Shown here one piece after another: positions 19,397 through 31,757 of a DNA stretch of 48,043 bases. The stretch lies in sequence record SRR9188676_3046; one strand, 5' to 3'. Position 1 is the stretch's first letter. The number at the start of each line of letters is the position of its first letter. The notes beneath the pieces are model-generated. The model was given only the letters and a program-made list of their open reading frames with translations. It did no database searches and had not been told where the DNA came from. The position numbers and the translations under genes are program-made.

Positions 19397-19738
19397 TTAT
19401 TTTTCACGCCCAGCTATGAATGCAGCAGCGACCGCACAACCTATCCCAACGCCACCCCAAAAAAGAACATCAGTACCTCCCGCAACCATTTCCAACTGTT
19501 CATCAGTTAATTCCATTTCATCGATACTAACTTTTCTTGGAATATTTATATACACTAATGATTCATCTGTTTGGTCTTTTACAACCAAAGTCTGTCCTTT
19601 AGGCAAATTGACTTTATTCCCTGTAAACTTTTCAATCGTTTCAATGGGATTAGCGATCAAATCATTTTTAAATTGAGAGTCTTCCCATGCTTTTTGTACG
19701 ATTTCACCGTACACTTTTTGTCCTTGTGTAATGTCCAT
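19397..19738 (-). CDS. NHLP-leader RiPP precursor P4; predicted core TDVLFWGGVGIGCAVAAAFIAGREK
   Basis: KAWEDSQFKNDLIANP...VYINIP...ELTDEQLEMVAGG leader. Confidence 0.93.
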   Translation of the reverse strand: MDITQGQKVYGEIVQKAWEDSQFKNDLIANPIETIEKFTGNKVNLPKGQTLVVKDQTDESLVYINIPRKVSIDEMELTDEQLEMVAGGTDVLFWGGVGIGCAVAAAFIAGREK

Positions 19739-19791
19739 GATTTTAATATTTAATTGTTATTAATTTAAAATTTTAAGAGAAATACTATGTG

Positions 19792-20160
19792 TTAACGAGT
19801 TGGAAACGTAGTGAGAGGTTTTAGAATTTCTTCAATTGGATTGCTAAAAGGACCTCCTGTTGTGCATCCACCACCATCTATTCCTTCCCAAACTCCTCCA
19901 GCCACAAGTTCCAATTGTTCCTCATTCAGCTCCACATCAGCAGTATTTTTTGGTTGGGCTGGGATATTGATATAAACTGTAGAATCATCAGTTTGATCTC
20001 TCACTACCAAGGTTTTACCTGTTGGTAGATTCAATTTATTACCCGTTAATTTCTCAATAGTTGCTACTGGGTTTGCCACCAATTCATTTTTGAATTCAGG
20101 GCTTTCCCATGCTTTTTGCACGATTTCAGCGTACGTTTTTTGTTCTTGTGTGAATTCCAT
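19792..20160 (-). CDS. NHLP-leader RiPP precursor P3; predicted core VWEGIDGGGCTTGGPFSNPIEEILKPLTTFPTR
   Basis: KAWESPEFKNELVANP...ELNEEQLELVAGG leader. Confidence 0.93.
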   Translation of the reverse strand: MEFTQEQKTYAEIVQKAWESPEFKNELVANPVATIEKLTGNKLNLPTGKTLVVRDQTDDSTVYINIPAQPKNTADVELNEEQLELVAGGVWEGIDGGGCTTGGPFSNPIEEILKPLTTFPTR

Positions 20161-20196
20161 AGTTGTTGTGTGTTTATTTGTTTTAAGTATCGTTTT

Positions 20197-20523
20197 CTAT
20201 GAGAAATATTTAGGGTTGAAAATAAAATGAATTAAATTGGTTAATCCATTCTCATCTTTTCCTCCTGCCACGGCTTCTAATTGCTCTTCATCTAATTCTA
20301 CATCTTCTAGGTTTGGTTTAGCAGGAATGTTGATATAAACTGTAGCTTCGTCAGTTTGGTCTCGAACGACTAACTTTTTCCCTGCGGGTAGATTAATTTT
20401 CTGACCTAAATGATTTTCAATGGCTCCTAAAGGATTGGTCATCAATTCATTTTTGAATTCAGGACTTTCCCATGCTTTCTGTACAATTTCTGCGTACAGT
20501 TTTTGCTCTTGTGTGAATTCCAT
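20197..20523 (-). CDS. NHLP-leader RiPP precursor P2; predicted core KDENGLTNLIHFIFNPKYFS
   Basis: KAWESPEFKNELMTNP...ELDEEQLEAVAGG leader. Confidence 0.93.
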   Translation of the reverse strand: MEFTQEQKLYAEIVQKAWESPEFKNELMTNPLGAIENHLGQKINLPAGKKLVVRDQTDEATVYINIPAKPNLEDVELDEEQLEAVAGGKDENGLTNLIHFIFNPKYFS

Positions 20524-20526
20524 GAT

Positions 20527-20859
20527 TTATTGAATTTTAATGTGTTCAGTTATCCCTGCAAATAAATTCTTAATCAAACTCTCCCAAATTGGTTGTCCAC
20601 CTCCTGCAATTGATTCAAGCTGTTCTTCGGTAAGTTCCATGTTCTCAATTTCAGGTTCGGATGGTATATTAAGGTAGATTTTAGACTTGTCTGTTTGATC
20701 TGAAATTACCAATGTTTTTCCTTCTGGGATTACAATTTTCACACCCGTTAGTTTCTCAATTGCTGATACAGGATTGGCTATTAATTCTTTTCTAAAAGTT
20801 GAATCTTCCCAAGATTTAGAAATAACAGCTTGTATGATTTCTTGCTTTTTCTGTTCCAT
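20527..20859 (-). CDS. NHLP-leader RiPP precursor P1; predicted core GQPIWESLIKNLFAGITEHIKIQ
   Basis: KSWEDSTFRKELIANP...ELTEEQLESIAGG leader. Confidence 0.93.
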   Translation of the reverse strand: MEQKKQEIIQAVISKSWEDSTFRKELIANPVSAIEKLTGVKIVIPEGKTLVISDQTDKSKIYLNIPSEPEIENMELTEEQLESIAGGGQPIWESLIKNLFAGITEHIKIQ

Positions 20860-20877
20860 ATCGCTTATTAGTATGAT

Positions 20878-20935
20878 GTAAAATTAGGAGAGTATTTACT
20901 GATAAATTTGCCAAAAAAACCTACAAAACAGCCAA
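20878..20935 (-). promoter_or_regulatory. Putative promoter/operator copy A upstream of the precursor array
   Basis: + strand gtaaaatta-N14-gataaa-N2-tgccaa-N5-cc-N2-caaaa-N-agccaa; minus-strand TAATTTTAC resembles the Bacteroidota -7 element; same spacing in two other copies. Confidence 0.6.
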
Positions 20936-21085
20936 TTCATTTTTTGTTTTATATCTTGATTTATTAATTATTAAAAACGAATTTTATGTGATAATCAATT
21001 GATTGTTAGAGTTATATAAGAAATAACTCTATTTGGATAGCTTACTAATTTTGTATAAATAACTTATGTTTTGTTTTTTTATATG

Positions 21086-21143
21086 GTAAAAGTAGAGCAG
21101 ATTTTCTTGATGAAATTGCCAAATATTCCGTCAAAAAAGACAA
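21086..21143 (-). promoter_or_regulatory. Putative promoter/operator copy C, 208 bp upstream of copy A
   Basis: gtaaaagta-N14-gatgaa-N2-tgccaa-N5-cc-N2-caaaa-N-agacaa. Confidence 0.55.
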
Positions 21144-21159
21144 TGGATAATAAACAAAA

Positions 21160-21189
21160 ACAGATACCTTCGATGATGAAGGTATCTGT
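21160..21189 (-). terminator. Intrinsic terminator downstream of the cyclase gene
   Basis: acagataccttc-N6-gaaggtatctgt followed by a U-rich tract on the minus strand. Confidence 0.75.
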
Positions 21190-21324
21190 CAAATAAAATA
21201 TAAATTAGATTTATATGAAGCCAAAATTCTGCTCAAAATGAAGCGGTATTTATAGCGTATCCCACTAAGTATTTTTCAAACTTCATGAGACAATCTTTAC
21301 TAAGCCTGTCAAAGATTTTTAGTG

Positions 21325-23325
21325 TTAAAATGTATTATTTTCTGTAACTAAGACACTGTTAGCATCCTCAAGTGTATAGTCGTTTCTTTCTACAAAATAC
21401 ATGGCAATTTCTCCCTTGCCTTTCGCTATTATATTTCCTCTATATTCAAAGGTAAAACATTCTTCATCCTTAATTAGGTGATATAACGACTCGCTGATGT
21501 TTACTTTCCCTACCATTCCGTTGCTTTCTATTCTGCTGGCAGTATTTACAGTATCACCCCAAACATCGTACTGAAATTTCTTAACACCAACAATTCCCGC
21601 TACGATTGGTCCTACGTGTATGCCCAGACGCATCTCGAAGAAAGGCTTCTGATACTGCTTATTTTCAATGGCTCTTTGAATTACAAAGGCTTGCATGTCT
21701 AAACCAGCCAACACAATGTTTTTTAATGAATTTTCATCAGGATGTGGAATACCTCCTGCTGCCATATAGGCATCTCCGATAGTCTTTATTTTTTCAATTT
21801 TGTACTTTTCTGAAATCAAATCAAATGCTTTAAAACATACATTTATTTCTTCGACCAAAAGATGAGGAGTCATTTTTTCTGCCGTTTGTGTAAAGGATTT
21901 GAAATCTGTAAAAAGTATTGAGACCAAACTAAAGTCTCGGGCATTCACACTCCCTTTTTGCTTTAATTCTTCTGCTATTTCTGCTGGAAGTATATTCAGT
22001 AATAATGCTTCAGAACGATTTTTTTCAATACCTAAAGCCTTTTTTGACTTTCTTACAAAATTTAAGCTACTCCATAAGCCAACAGCAACAACAAGGGTAA
22101 AACATAGCGAAGCGATAATGATATTTCTTTGCTTTTCCTTTTTTTGTATCTCTTCCTTATGTTTTTGTTCGATGATATTTTGTTTCTTCACATACACAAT
22201 ACTATCCATCAATTGCTGTTTTTGGAATTCCATATTCATCATCCTGTTGGAAGCTTCTTCAGCCTTTAAACTATCTTTAAAAGCATTTGATTTTTCATAA
22301 TATTGAAGCGCTAGCGTACTATTTTCTAAAGATTTATATGATTTATACAAGCATTCACAGGCATCTTTTTTTTCAGAAATTGCTCCCAATTTTTCAGCCA
22401 ATTTTAATCCAGTGCTACATTTTTCAATTGCTTTGTTGTCCTTCTTTAATTGATGGAATATATTACCAATGGCAATCTGAGACACACTTTTATATCGCAG
22501 ATTATCAATTTCTTTGGCATATTGGAAACAAAGATTGTAATAATATTGAGCCTTTTGAAAATCTGATTGTTTGTAAAATAACTCTCCTAAATTTGATAGT
22601 ACTTCTAATTCTAACTGTTTGTCTTTTTCTTCAACTGCAATTTTTAATGATTGATTAAAATCCTCGAAGGCTTTATCAAAATCCCCTTTTTCCATAGAAA
22701 TATATCCTATTTCAATGAGCATTTTGGCAATGCCTTTTCTATCATTAATGCTTTTGAAGATAGCATAGGCTTTATTGATATACCTCATAGCATTCGTATA
22801 GTCTTTTACTTTAGAATAAATAGCTCCAATATTCTCGGTAATGGTTGCTACATTTTTTCTATTGCCTATTTCTTCTTGAATAACAATTGCCTGTCTATAA
22901 TATTCTACTGCTTTGAGGTAATTTCCAAGACTGTAATATATAACTCCGATATTGTTAAGAATATCTGCTATTCCTTTTTTATTTTTTGCTTTTATTTGCC
23001 ATCCTAAACTTTCTTTAAAAAAAAATAAAGTTTTAAAATAATCACCTCTAAAATAATATATTGTCCCAATGCTATTGAAGCAGTCTCCTATTTTTTGATT
23101 CTCCTTAATGCTTTGATAAATGTTCAAACTATTTTCATAAAGGGCTAAAGCCTTTTTTGAGTTTCCTATTTCATCATACTTTGAACCAAGAGCATAAAGA
23201 CTATCCGCTATTACTTTAGATTTTGAGATTTTATTGATTTTCACAGATTGTTGTCCATACCCTTTCTCCTCTATTGCAATGAATAGAATTATTAGGAATA
23301 AAAAATATGCACAGTAGTTTTTCAT
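21325..23325 (-). CDS. Membrane class III adenylyl cyclase with extracytoplasmic TPR sensor domain
   Basis: Signal peptide, multiple TPRs, TM helix (IIIASLCFTLVVAVGLW), LLLNILP helical linker, ILFTDFKSFT, EKIKTIGDAYM, YDVWGDTVNTASRIES; the K and D specificity residues indicate ATP. Confidence 0.92.
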   Translation of the reverse strand: MKNYCAYFLFLIILFIAIEEKGYGQQSVKINKISKSKVIADSLYALGSKYDEIGNSKKALALYENSLNIYQSIKENQKIGDCFNSIGTIYYFRGDYFKTLFFFKESLGWQIKAKNKKGIADILNNIGVIYYSLGNYLKAVEYYRQAIVIQEEIGNRKNVATITENIGAIYSKVKDYTNAMRYINKAYAIFKSINDRKGIAKMLIEIGYISMEKGDFDKAFEDFNQSLKIAVEEKDKQLELEVLSNLGELFYKQSDFQKAQYYYNLCFQYAKEIDNLRYKSVSQIAIGNIFHQLKKDNKAIEKCSTGLKLAEKLGAISEKKDACECLYKSYKSLENSTLALQYYEKSNAFKDSLKAEEASNRMMNMEFQKQQLMDSIVYVKKQNIIEQKHKEEIQKKEKQRNIIIASLCFTLVVAVGLWSSLNFVRKSKKALGIEKNRSEALLLNILPAEIAEELKQKGSVNARDFSLVSILFTDFKSFTQTAEKMTPHLLVEEINVCFKAFDLISEKYKIEKIKTIGDAYMAAGGIPHPDENSLKNIVLAGLDMQAFVIQRAIENKQYQKPFFEMRLGIHVGPIVAGIVGVKKFQYDVWGDTVNTASRIESNGMVGKVNISESLYHLIKDEECFTFEYRGNIIAKGKGEIAMYFVERNDYTLEDANSVLVTENNTF

Positions 23326-23359
23326 TGATTTAAAAATTTCGGTTACTCAAATATCTAAA

Positions 23360-23388
23360 AACGCATATATTCATAGAACATATGCGTT
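23360..23388 (-). terminator. Intrinsic terminator/attenuator between the mini-precursor and the cyclase gene
   Basis: aacgcatatattc-ata-gaacatatgcgtt; one G-U pair and a U-tract on the minus strand. Confidence 0.7.
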
Positions 23389-23416
23389 TAACCCAAAATC
23401 ATTTCAAACCAAAATC

Positions 23417-23617
23417 TCATCCTCCTGTCTTAATAAGCACACCTTCACCTCCCCCCGATATAATATCCAACTGCTCTTCATTCAGCTCTACATCATCTAC
23501 TATAATAGACTTTTCCTGAGAGTTGTTTAAAGAGCTCACATTCTCTTTTTTTTCAGCATCAGAGAACTTTTTCTCTTCGGGAGAATTTGAATTTTTAGGG
23601 TCGTTCGTTAATTCCAT
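23417..23617 (-). CDS. Miniature double-glycine-leader peptide precursor P6; predicted core GEGVLIKTGG
   Basis: DDVELNEEQLDIISGG matches the leader C-terminus of the five NHLP precursors; has its own promoter motif and terminator. Confidence 0.75.
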   Translation of the reverse strand: MELTNDPKNSNSPEEKKFSDAEKKENVSSLNNSQEKSIIVDDVELNEEQLDIISGGGEGVLIKTGG

Positions 23618-23663
23618 GGCTTGTAATTATTAGTTTAAAATATATCTTTTTAAAAAGCACATC

Positions 23664-23715
23664 GTAAAATTATCATGATTTATTACGATAAAACTGACAA
23701 TTACACCGATAAAAA
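23664..23715 (-). promoter_or_regulatory. Putative promoter/operator copy B upstream of mini-precursor P6
   Basis: gtaaaatta-N14-gataaa-N2-tgacaa-N5-cc-N2-taaaa, same spacing as copies A and C. Confidence 0.6.
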
Positions 23716-23886
23716 CTACGGAAGATGCTACTGATTTTACTTGACATATAAACGATAATTGCACTTTAATACCTCAGGTCAACACGTTCATCTAGTTGGA
23801 TTTTTAAATTAAGGTCACAGCTTCTATATTCTATCCGTAATTGGATTACAAATTCCCAGACAAGAAACGTTAAAGCTAATTGTGAA

Positions 23887-24891
23887 CTATCTGACAGACG
23901 AAGCTCTAATGATTAAATTGGATTTCAATACTGTTTTTTCAGGGATACGGTTGAGTCCTTTTTTCTCAATTAATTTAAATAGAATAGTAGCTGATTCTCT
24001 TCCCATTTCAAAAGCTGGATGAGTAATCGTGCTAAGTGGTGGATTTAATAAAGCTGCCATGTACGAATTAGAAAAAGTGATTACTTTAACATCTTTGGGA
24101 ATATTTAAGGCTAATTCTTCGCATATTTGATAGGTGGCTACTGCCAATTTTTCAACAGAAGCAAAAATACCATCAGGTTGAACATTACTGCTGAATAAAC
24201 TTTTTATATTGTCTTTGTTACTTATGTCATCTTCATTACAAAAGCGGATTAAGGATTGGTCATGCTTGATATTATTCGCTTTCAAGGCATCCAGATAGCC
24301 ATTTTTTCTATCATTACTGATAGAAAGGTTTTCCGAAATTGTCAGGAATGCGATGCGCTTACATCCATTGGTAATGAGGTGTTCGGTTGCGATAAATCCA
24401 CAATGATAATCATCAGTAATCACTACAGGAGTGCCTACTTGGCTAGCTATTCTATCAAAAAAAACGAGGGGAATTTCTTTTTCTTTTAAAATATTTAGAT
24501 GGTCAGTATTGGATGTCTGACTTGCTAATGAAATCATAATGCCATCAACTCGCCCGTTTTGTAATAACTTACTAATCTCTAATTCCTTTTGCATGCTGTC
24601 ATGAGTCAAATAAATTAAAACATGATAGCCTTTTTCTTGAGCGATAGATTCGATACCATTGATTACTGGTCCAAAAAAATCGTTGACAACTTCGGGAATA
24701 ATTACAGCAATAGTTTTACTTTTTTGCTTTCGAAAATTACTTGCTAATGGATTTACCTGATAATTCAATTCTTTAGCTTTTTCCAGTACTCTTTGTTTGG
24801 TAGCTGGGCTAATTTCATGGCTATCTCTTAAAGCTTTGGATACTGTTGAAAAAGACAGATTGAGTTCTTTGGCAAGTATTTTAAGATTCAT
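23887..24891 (-). CDS. LacI-family transcriptional regulator
   Basis: LKILAKELNLSFSTVSKAL HTH, YQVNPLA, sugar-binding domain PPLSTI. Confidence 0.95.
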   Translation of the reverse strand: MNLKILAKELNLSFSTVSKALRDSHEISPATKQRVLEKAKELNYQVNPLASNFRKQKSKTIAVIIPEVVNDFFGPVINGIESIAQEKGYHVLIYLTHDSMQKELEISKLLQNGRVDGIMISLASQTSNTDHLNILKEKEIPLVFFDRIASQVGTPVVITDDYHCGFIATEHLITNGCKRIAFLTISENLSISNDRKNGYLDALKANNIKHDQSLIRFCNEDDISNKDNIKSLFSSNVQPDGIFASVEKLAVATYQICEELALNIPKDVKVITFSNSYMAALLNPPLSTITHPAFEMGRESATILFKLIEKKGLNRIPEKTVLKSNLIIRASSVR

Positions 24892-24946
24892 TTTTGTGGG
24901 TTAATGCAAGTATAAATTTGGTAAAACAATTGCTAAAATTAACGAG

Positions 24947-24972
24947 TATTTACGACAACGTTGTCGTAAATA
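24947..24972. promoter_or_regulatory. Perfect 26-bp palindrome, probable LacI operator
   Basis: tatttacgacaac|gttgtcgtaaata with central CG, between divergent lacI-type and AKR genes. Confidence 0.75.
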
Positions 24973-25178
24973 AACAATCGGCAAGTTGACTAAAGCATTC
25001 GTTTTTCCTTGAATTTTGCATGATATAATTTTAATAAATATACATTCAAAATTCAGAAGTATTGGCTCAAATTCAAAAATAGGGATTTTCTAATTTAAAG
25101 AAAAGTATCATAAATTTCTTAGAAAACTACTAAAGAACCTCAGCCAAATACTGATTCCATAAAACAATTAAACAATCA

Positions 25179-26165
25179 ATGTACAAAGCAGCAGACAATC
25201 GTTACGAGCAAATTGCCTACAGAAGATGTGGCAAAAGTGGCATTCAATTACCTGAAATTTCATTAGGATTATGGCATAATTTCGGTGGAGTTGATGTTTT
25301 TGAAAACTATAGAGCAATCCTTAGAACAGCATTCGATAAAGGTATTACTCATTTCGACCTTGCCAATAATTATGGTCCTCCTTATGGTTCAGCAGAAGAA
25401 AATTTTGGGCTGTTGATGAAGAAAGATTTTATGCCATATCGTGACGAGCTGATTATTTCTTCAAAAGCTGGATATGATATGTGGCCTGGTCCTTATGGAG
25501 AATGGGGTTCACGTAAATACTTGATTGCTAGTTGTAATCAAAGCCTCAAAAGAATGGGCTTGGACTATGTTGACATTTTTTATTCGCACAGACCAGACCC
25601 AAATACTCCGATGGAAGAAACTATGGGGGCTTTAGATTCACTCGTTCGTCAAGGGAAAGCACTTTATGTGGGCATTTCAAATTATGATGCAGACCAAACG
25701 AAAGAAGCTTTAAGTATTTTAAAAAGTTTAGGAACGCCTTGTCTTATTCATCAACCAAAATACTCTATGCTTGTAAGAGACCCAGAAGAAGGATTACTAG
25801 ATGTTTTGGGCGAAAGTGGTGTGGGTTGTATTCCTTTCTCACCTTTGGCACAAGGTTTATTAACCAATAAATATTTGAAAGGTATTCCTCAAAATTCTCG
25901 TGCTGCAAAATCGACAGGCTTTTTACAAGAAGACCAAGTAGATACACAAACCATTTCAAAAGTTCAAGAACTCAATATTCTTGCTGAAAGAAGAGGTCAA
26001 AGTTTGGCACAAATGGCGATTGCATGGTTGTTGAAAGACGCAAGAGTAACAACAGTACTTATTGGCGCAAGTAAAGTAGAACAATTATTAGATTCTTTGA
26101 AAGCCGTTGATAATAAGCATTTTGATGATTCTGAATTAGCGGAAATAGAAAAGATTCTTGCATAA
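25179..26165 (+). CDS. Aldo/keto reductase, L-glyceraldehyde 3-phosphate reductase (YghZ/Gpr-like)
   Basis: ISLGLWHNFG, ITHFDLANNYGPPYGSAEENFG, ISSKAGY, FYSHRPD, FSPLAQGLLT. Confidence 0.92.
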   Translation: MYKAADNRYEQIAYRRCGKSGIQLPEISLGLWHNFGGVDVFENYRAILRTAFDKGITHFDLANNYGPPYGSAEENFGLLMKKDFMPYRDELIISSKAGYDMWPGPYGEWGSRKYLIASCNQSLKRMGLDYVDIFYSHRPDPNTPMEETMGALDSLVRQGKALYVGISNYDADQTKEALSILKSLGTPCLIHQPKYSMLVRDPEEGLLDVLGESGVGCIPFSPLAQGLLTNKYLKGIPQNSRAAKSTGFLQEDQVDTQTISKVQELNILAERRGQSLAQMAIAWLLKDARVTTVLIGASKVEQLLDSLKAVDNKHFDDSELAEIEKILA

Positions 26166-26218
26166 TAGTTTTACGGAACATTACCTCAAAAGGGTTAAAT
26201 TTTAACAAGAAACAGAAA

Positions 26219-27289
26219 ATGAAACAATCAGCAATAGAAGTAGAACATTTTGGACAAATGCCAGATGGGCGAAAAACATCTTTATATACCTTGAAAAACG
26301 CCAACGGTATTATTGTAAAAATAACAGACTTTGGAGCAACGATTGTTTCCATTTTCACACCTGACAAAAATGGGCTTTCTGATGAAATTACACATGGTTG
26401 TAATACATTAGAAGGCTATTTGAAAGGTGTTCCTTATTTTGGCGCAACCATTGGTCGCTATGGAAATAGAATTGGAAATGCTTCCTTTTCATTAGATGGA
26501 GAAACCTTTACTTTAGCTAAAAATAATGGACCAAACACACTTCATGGAGGTTTAATTGGGTTTGACAAGGCAATTTGGGAAATGATTGAAATGGTTGAAG
26601 GAGAAGAAACTTCATTATCTTTTTCGCACGTTTCACCAGATGGAGATGAAGGATTTCCCGGAGAACTTTCGTTGGAAGTTACTTTTACTTTGACGAATGA
26701 CAATGAATTAAAGATTAAATATAAAGGTAAAACCAACAAGGCTACCGTGCTGAATATCACGAATCATTCATACTTTAATTTAAGTGGCGGAAGCGACATT
26801 ATGGCGCACCAAGTGAAATTATATGCGGATAAATTCTTACCTGTTGATAGCAATATCGTACCAACTGGCGAAATGAGATGGGTGAAAGATACTCCTTTTG
26901 ATTTTACGGATTTTCATACCATTGGCGAGCGAATCAATGATACAACTGATGAACAAATTGTGTTAGGAGAAGGTTACGACCATTGTTTTGTGATAAGAGA
27001 ACAAGATAATGAAGGAAAACTTAAGCAAGCCGCTACGATTTACGAACCTATTAGTGGACGAATGATGGAAGTATTTACAACTGAACCCGGAATGCAATTT
27101 TATACAGCCAATCATCTTGATGGAAGTATTATTGGTAAAAAAGGAGAGCCTTATATTTATCGTTCTGCATTTTGTGTTGAAACCCAACATTTTCCAGATG
27201 CTCCCAATCAGCCTGCTTTTCCAAGTACAGTATTAAGACCCGATGAGACTTTCAACTCAATAACAATCTATCAATTTTCGATAAAATGA
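26219..27289 (+). CDS. galM: Aldose 1-epimerase (mutarotase)
   Basis: GATIGRYGNRI, LHGG, NITNHSYFNL, GYDHCF, FCVETQHFPDAPN. Confidence 0.95.
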   Translation: MKQSAIEVEHFGQMPDGRKTSLYTLKNANGIIVKITDFGATIVSIFTPDKNGLSDEITHGCNTLEGYLKGVPYFGATIGRYGNRIGNASFSLDGETFTLAKNNGPNTLHGGLIGFDKAIWEMIEMVEGEETSLSFSHVSPDGDEGFPGELSLEVTFTLTNDNELKIKYKGKTNKATVLNITNHSYFNLSGGSDIMAHQVKLYADKFLPVDSNIVPTGEMRWVKDTPFDFTDFHTIGERINDTTDEQIVLGEGYDHCFVIREQDNEGKLKQAATIYEPISGRMMEVFTTEPGMQFYTANHLDGSIIGKKGEPYIYRSAFCVETQHFPDAPNQPAFPSTVLRPDETFNSITIYQFSIK

Positions 27290-27332
27290 GTACTGGAAAC
27301 GAAGTAAAATGTTATTCCAGAAAGATTTTATC

Positions 27333-27381
27333 AATAATCAATATCCAATATTTCTTTTCGATTTATTGGATATTGATTATT
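27333..27381. terminator. Inverted repeat between convergent galM and esterase genes (likely bidirectional terminator)
   Basis: aataatcaatatccaata-N13-tattggatattgattatt. Confidence 0.7.
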
Positions 27382-27387
27382 TAAAAC

Positions 27388-29349
<1,962 letters not shown>

Positions 29350-29406
29350 TTAAACTAAATATATAAGCTGTCTCAGTGTTTCCATTAAAGCAAATGAATG
29401 ATACTT

Positions 29407-31709
<2,303 letters not shown>

Positions 31710-31757
31710 AGTCTAAAATTTTAATTGTTTACTCAAATATTTTAAATGGAACGCTAC

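Noticed and set aside
21325-23325. Cyclase plus cNMP-domain genes as a Pycsar/CBASS-type anti-phage system, or as a guanylyl cyclase
   Set aside because: Signal peptide-TPR-TM receptor architecture, ATP-specifying Lys/Asp residues, and no adjacent TIR or TM effector fused to the cNMP domain
215-23692. 12-mer tattacgataaa at about 215, 16645 and 23681
   Set aside because: AT-rich word in inconsistent positions relative to genes; plausibly chance
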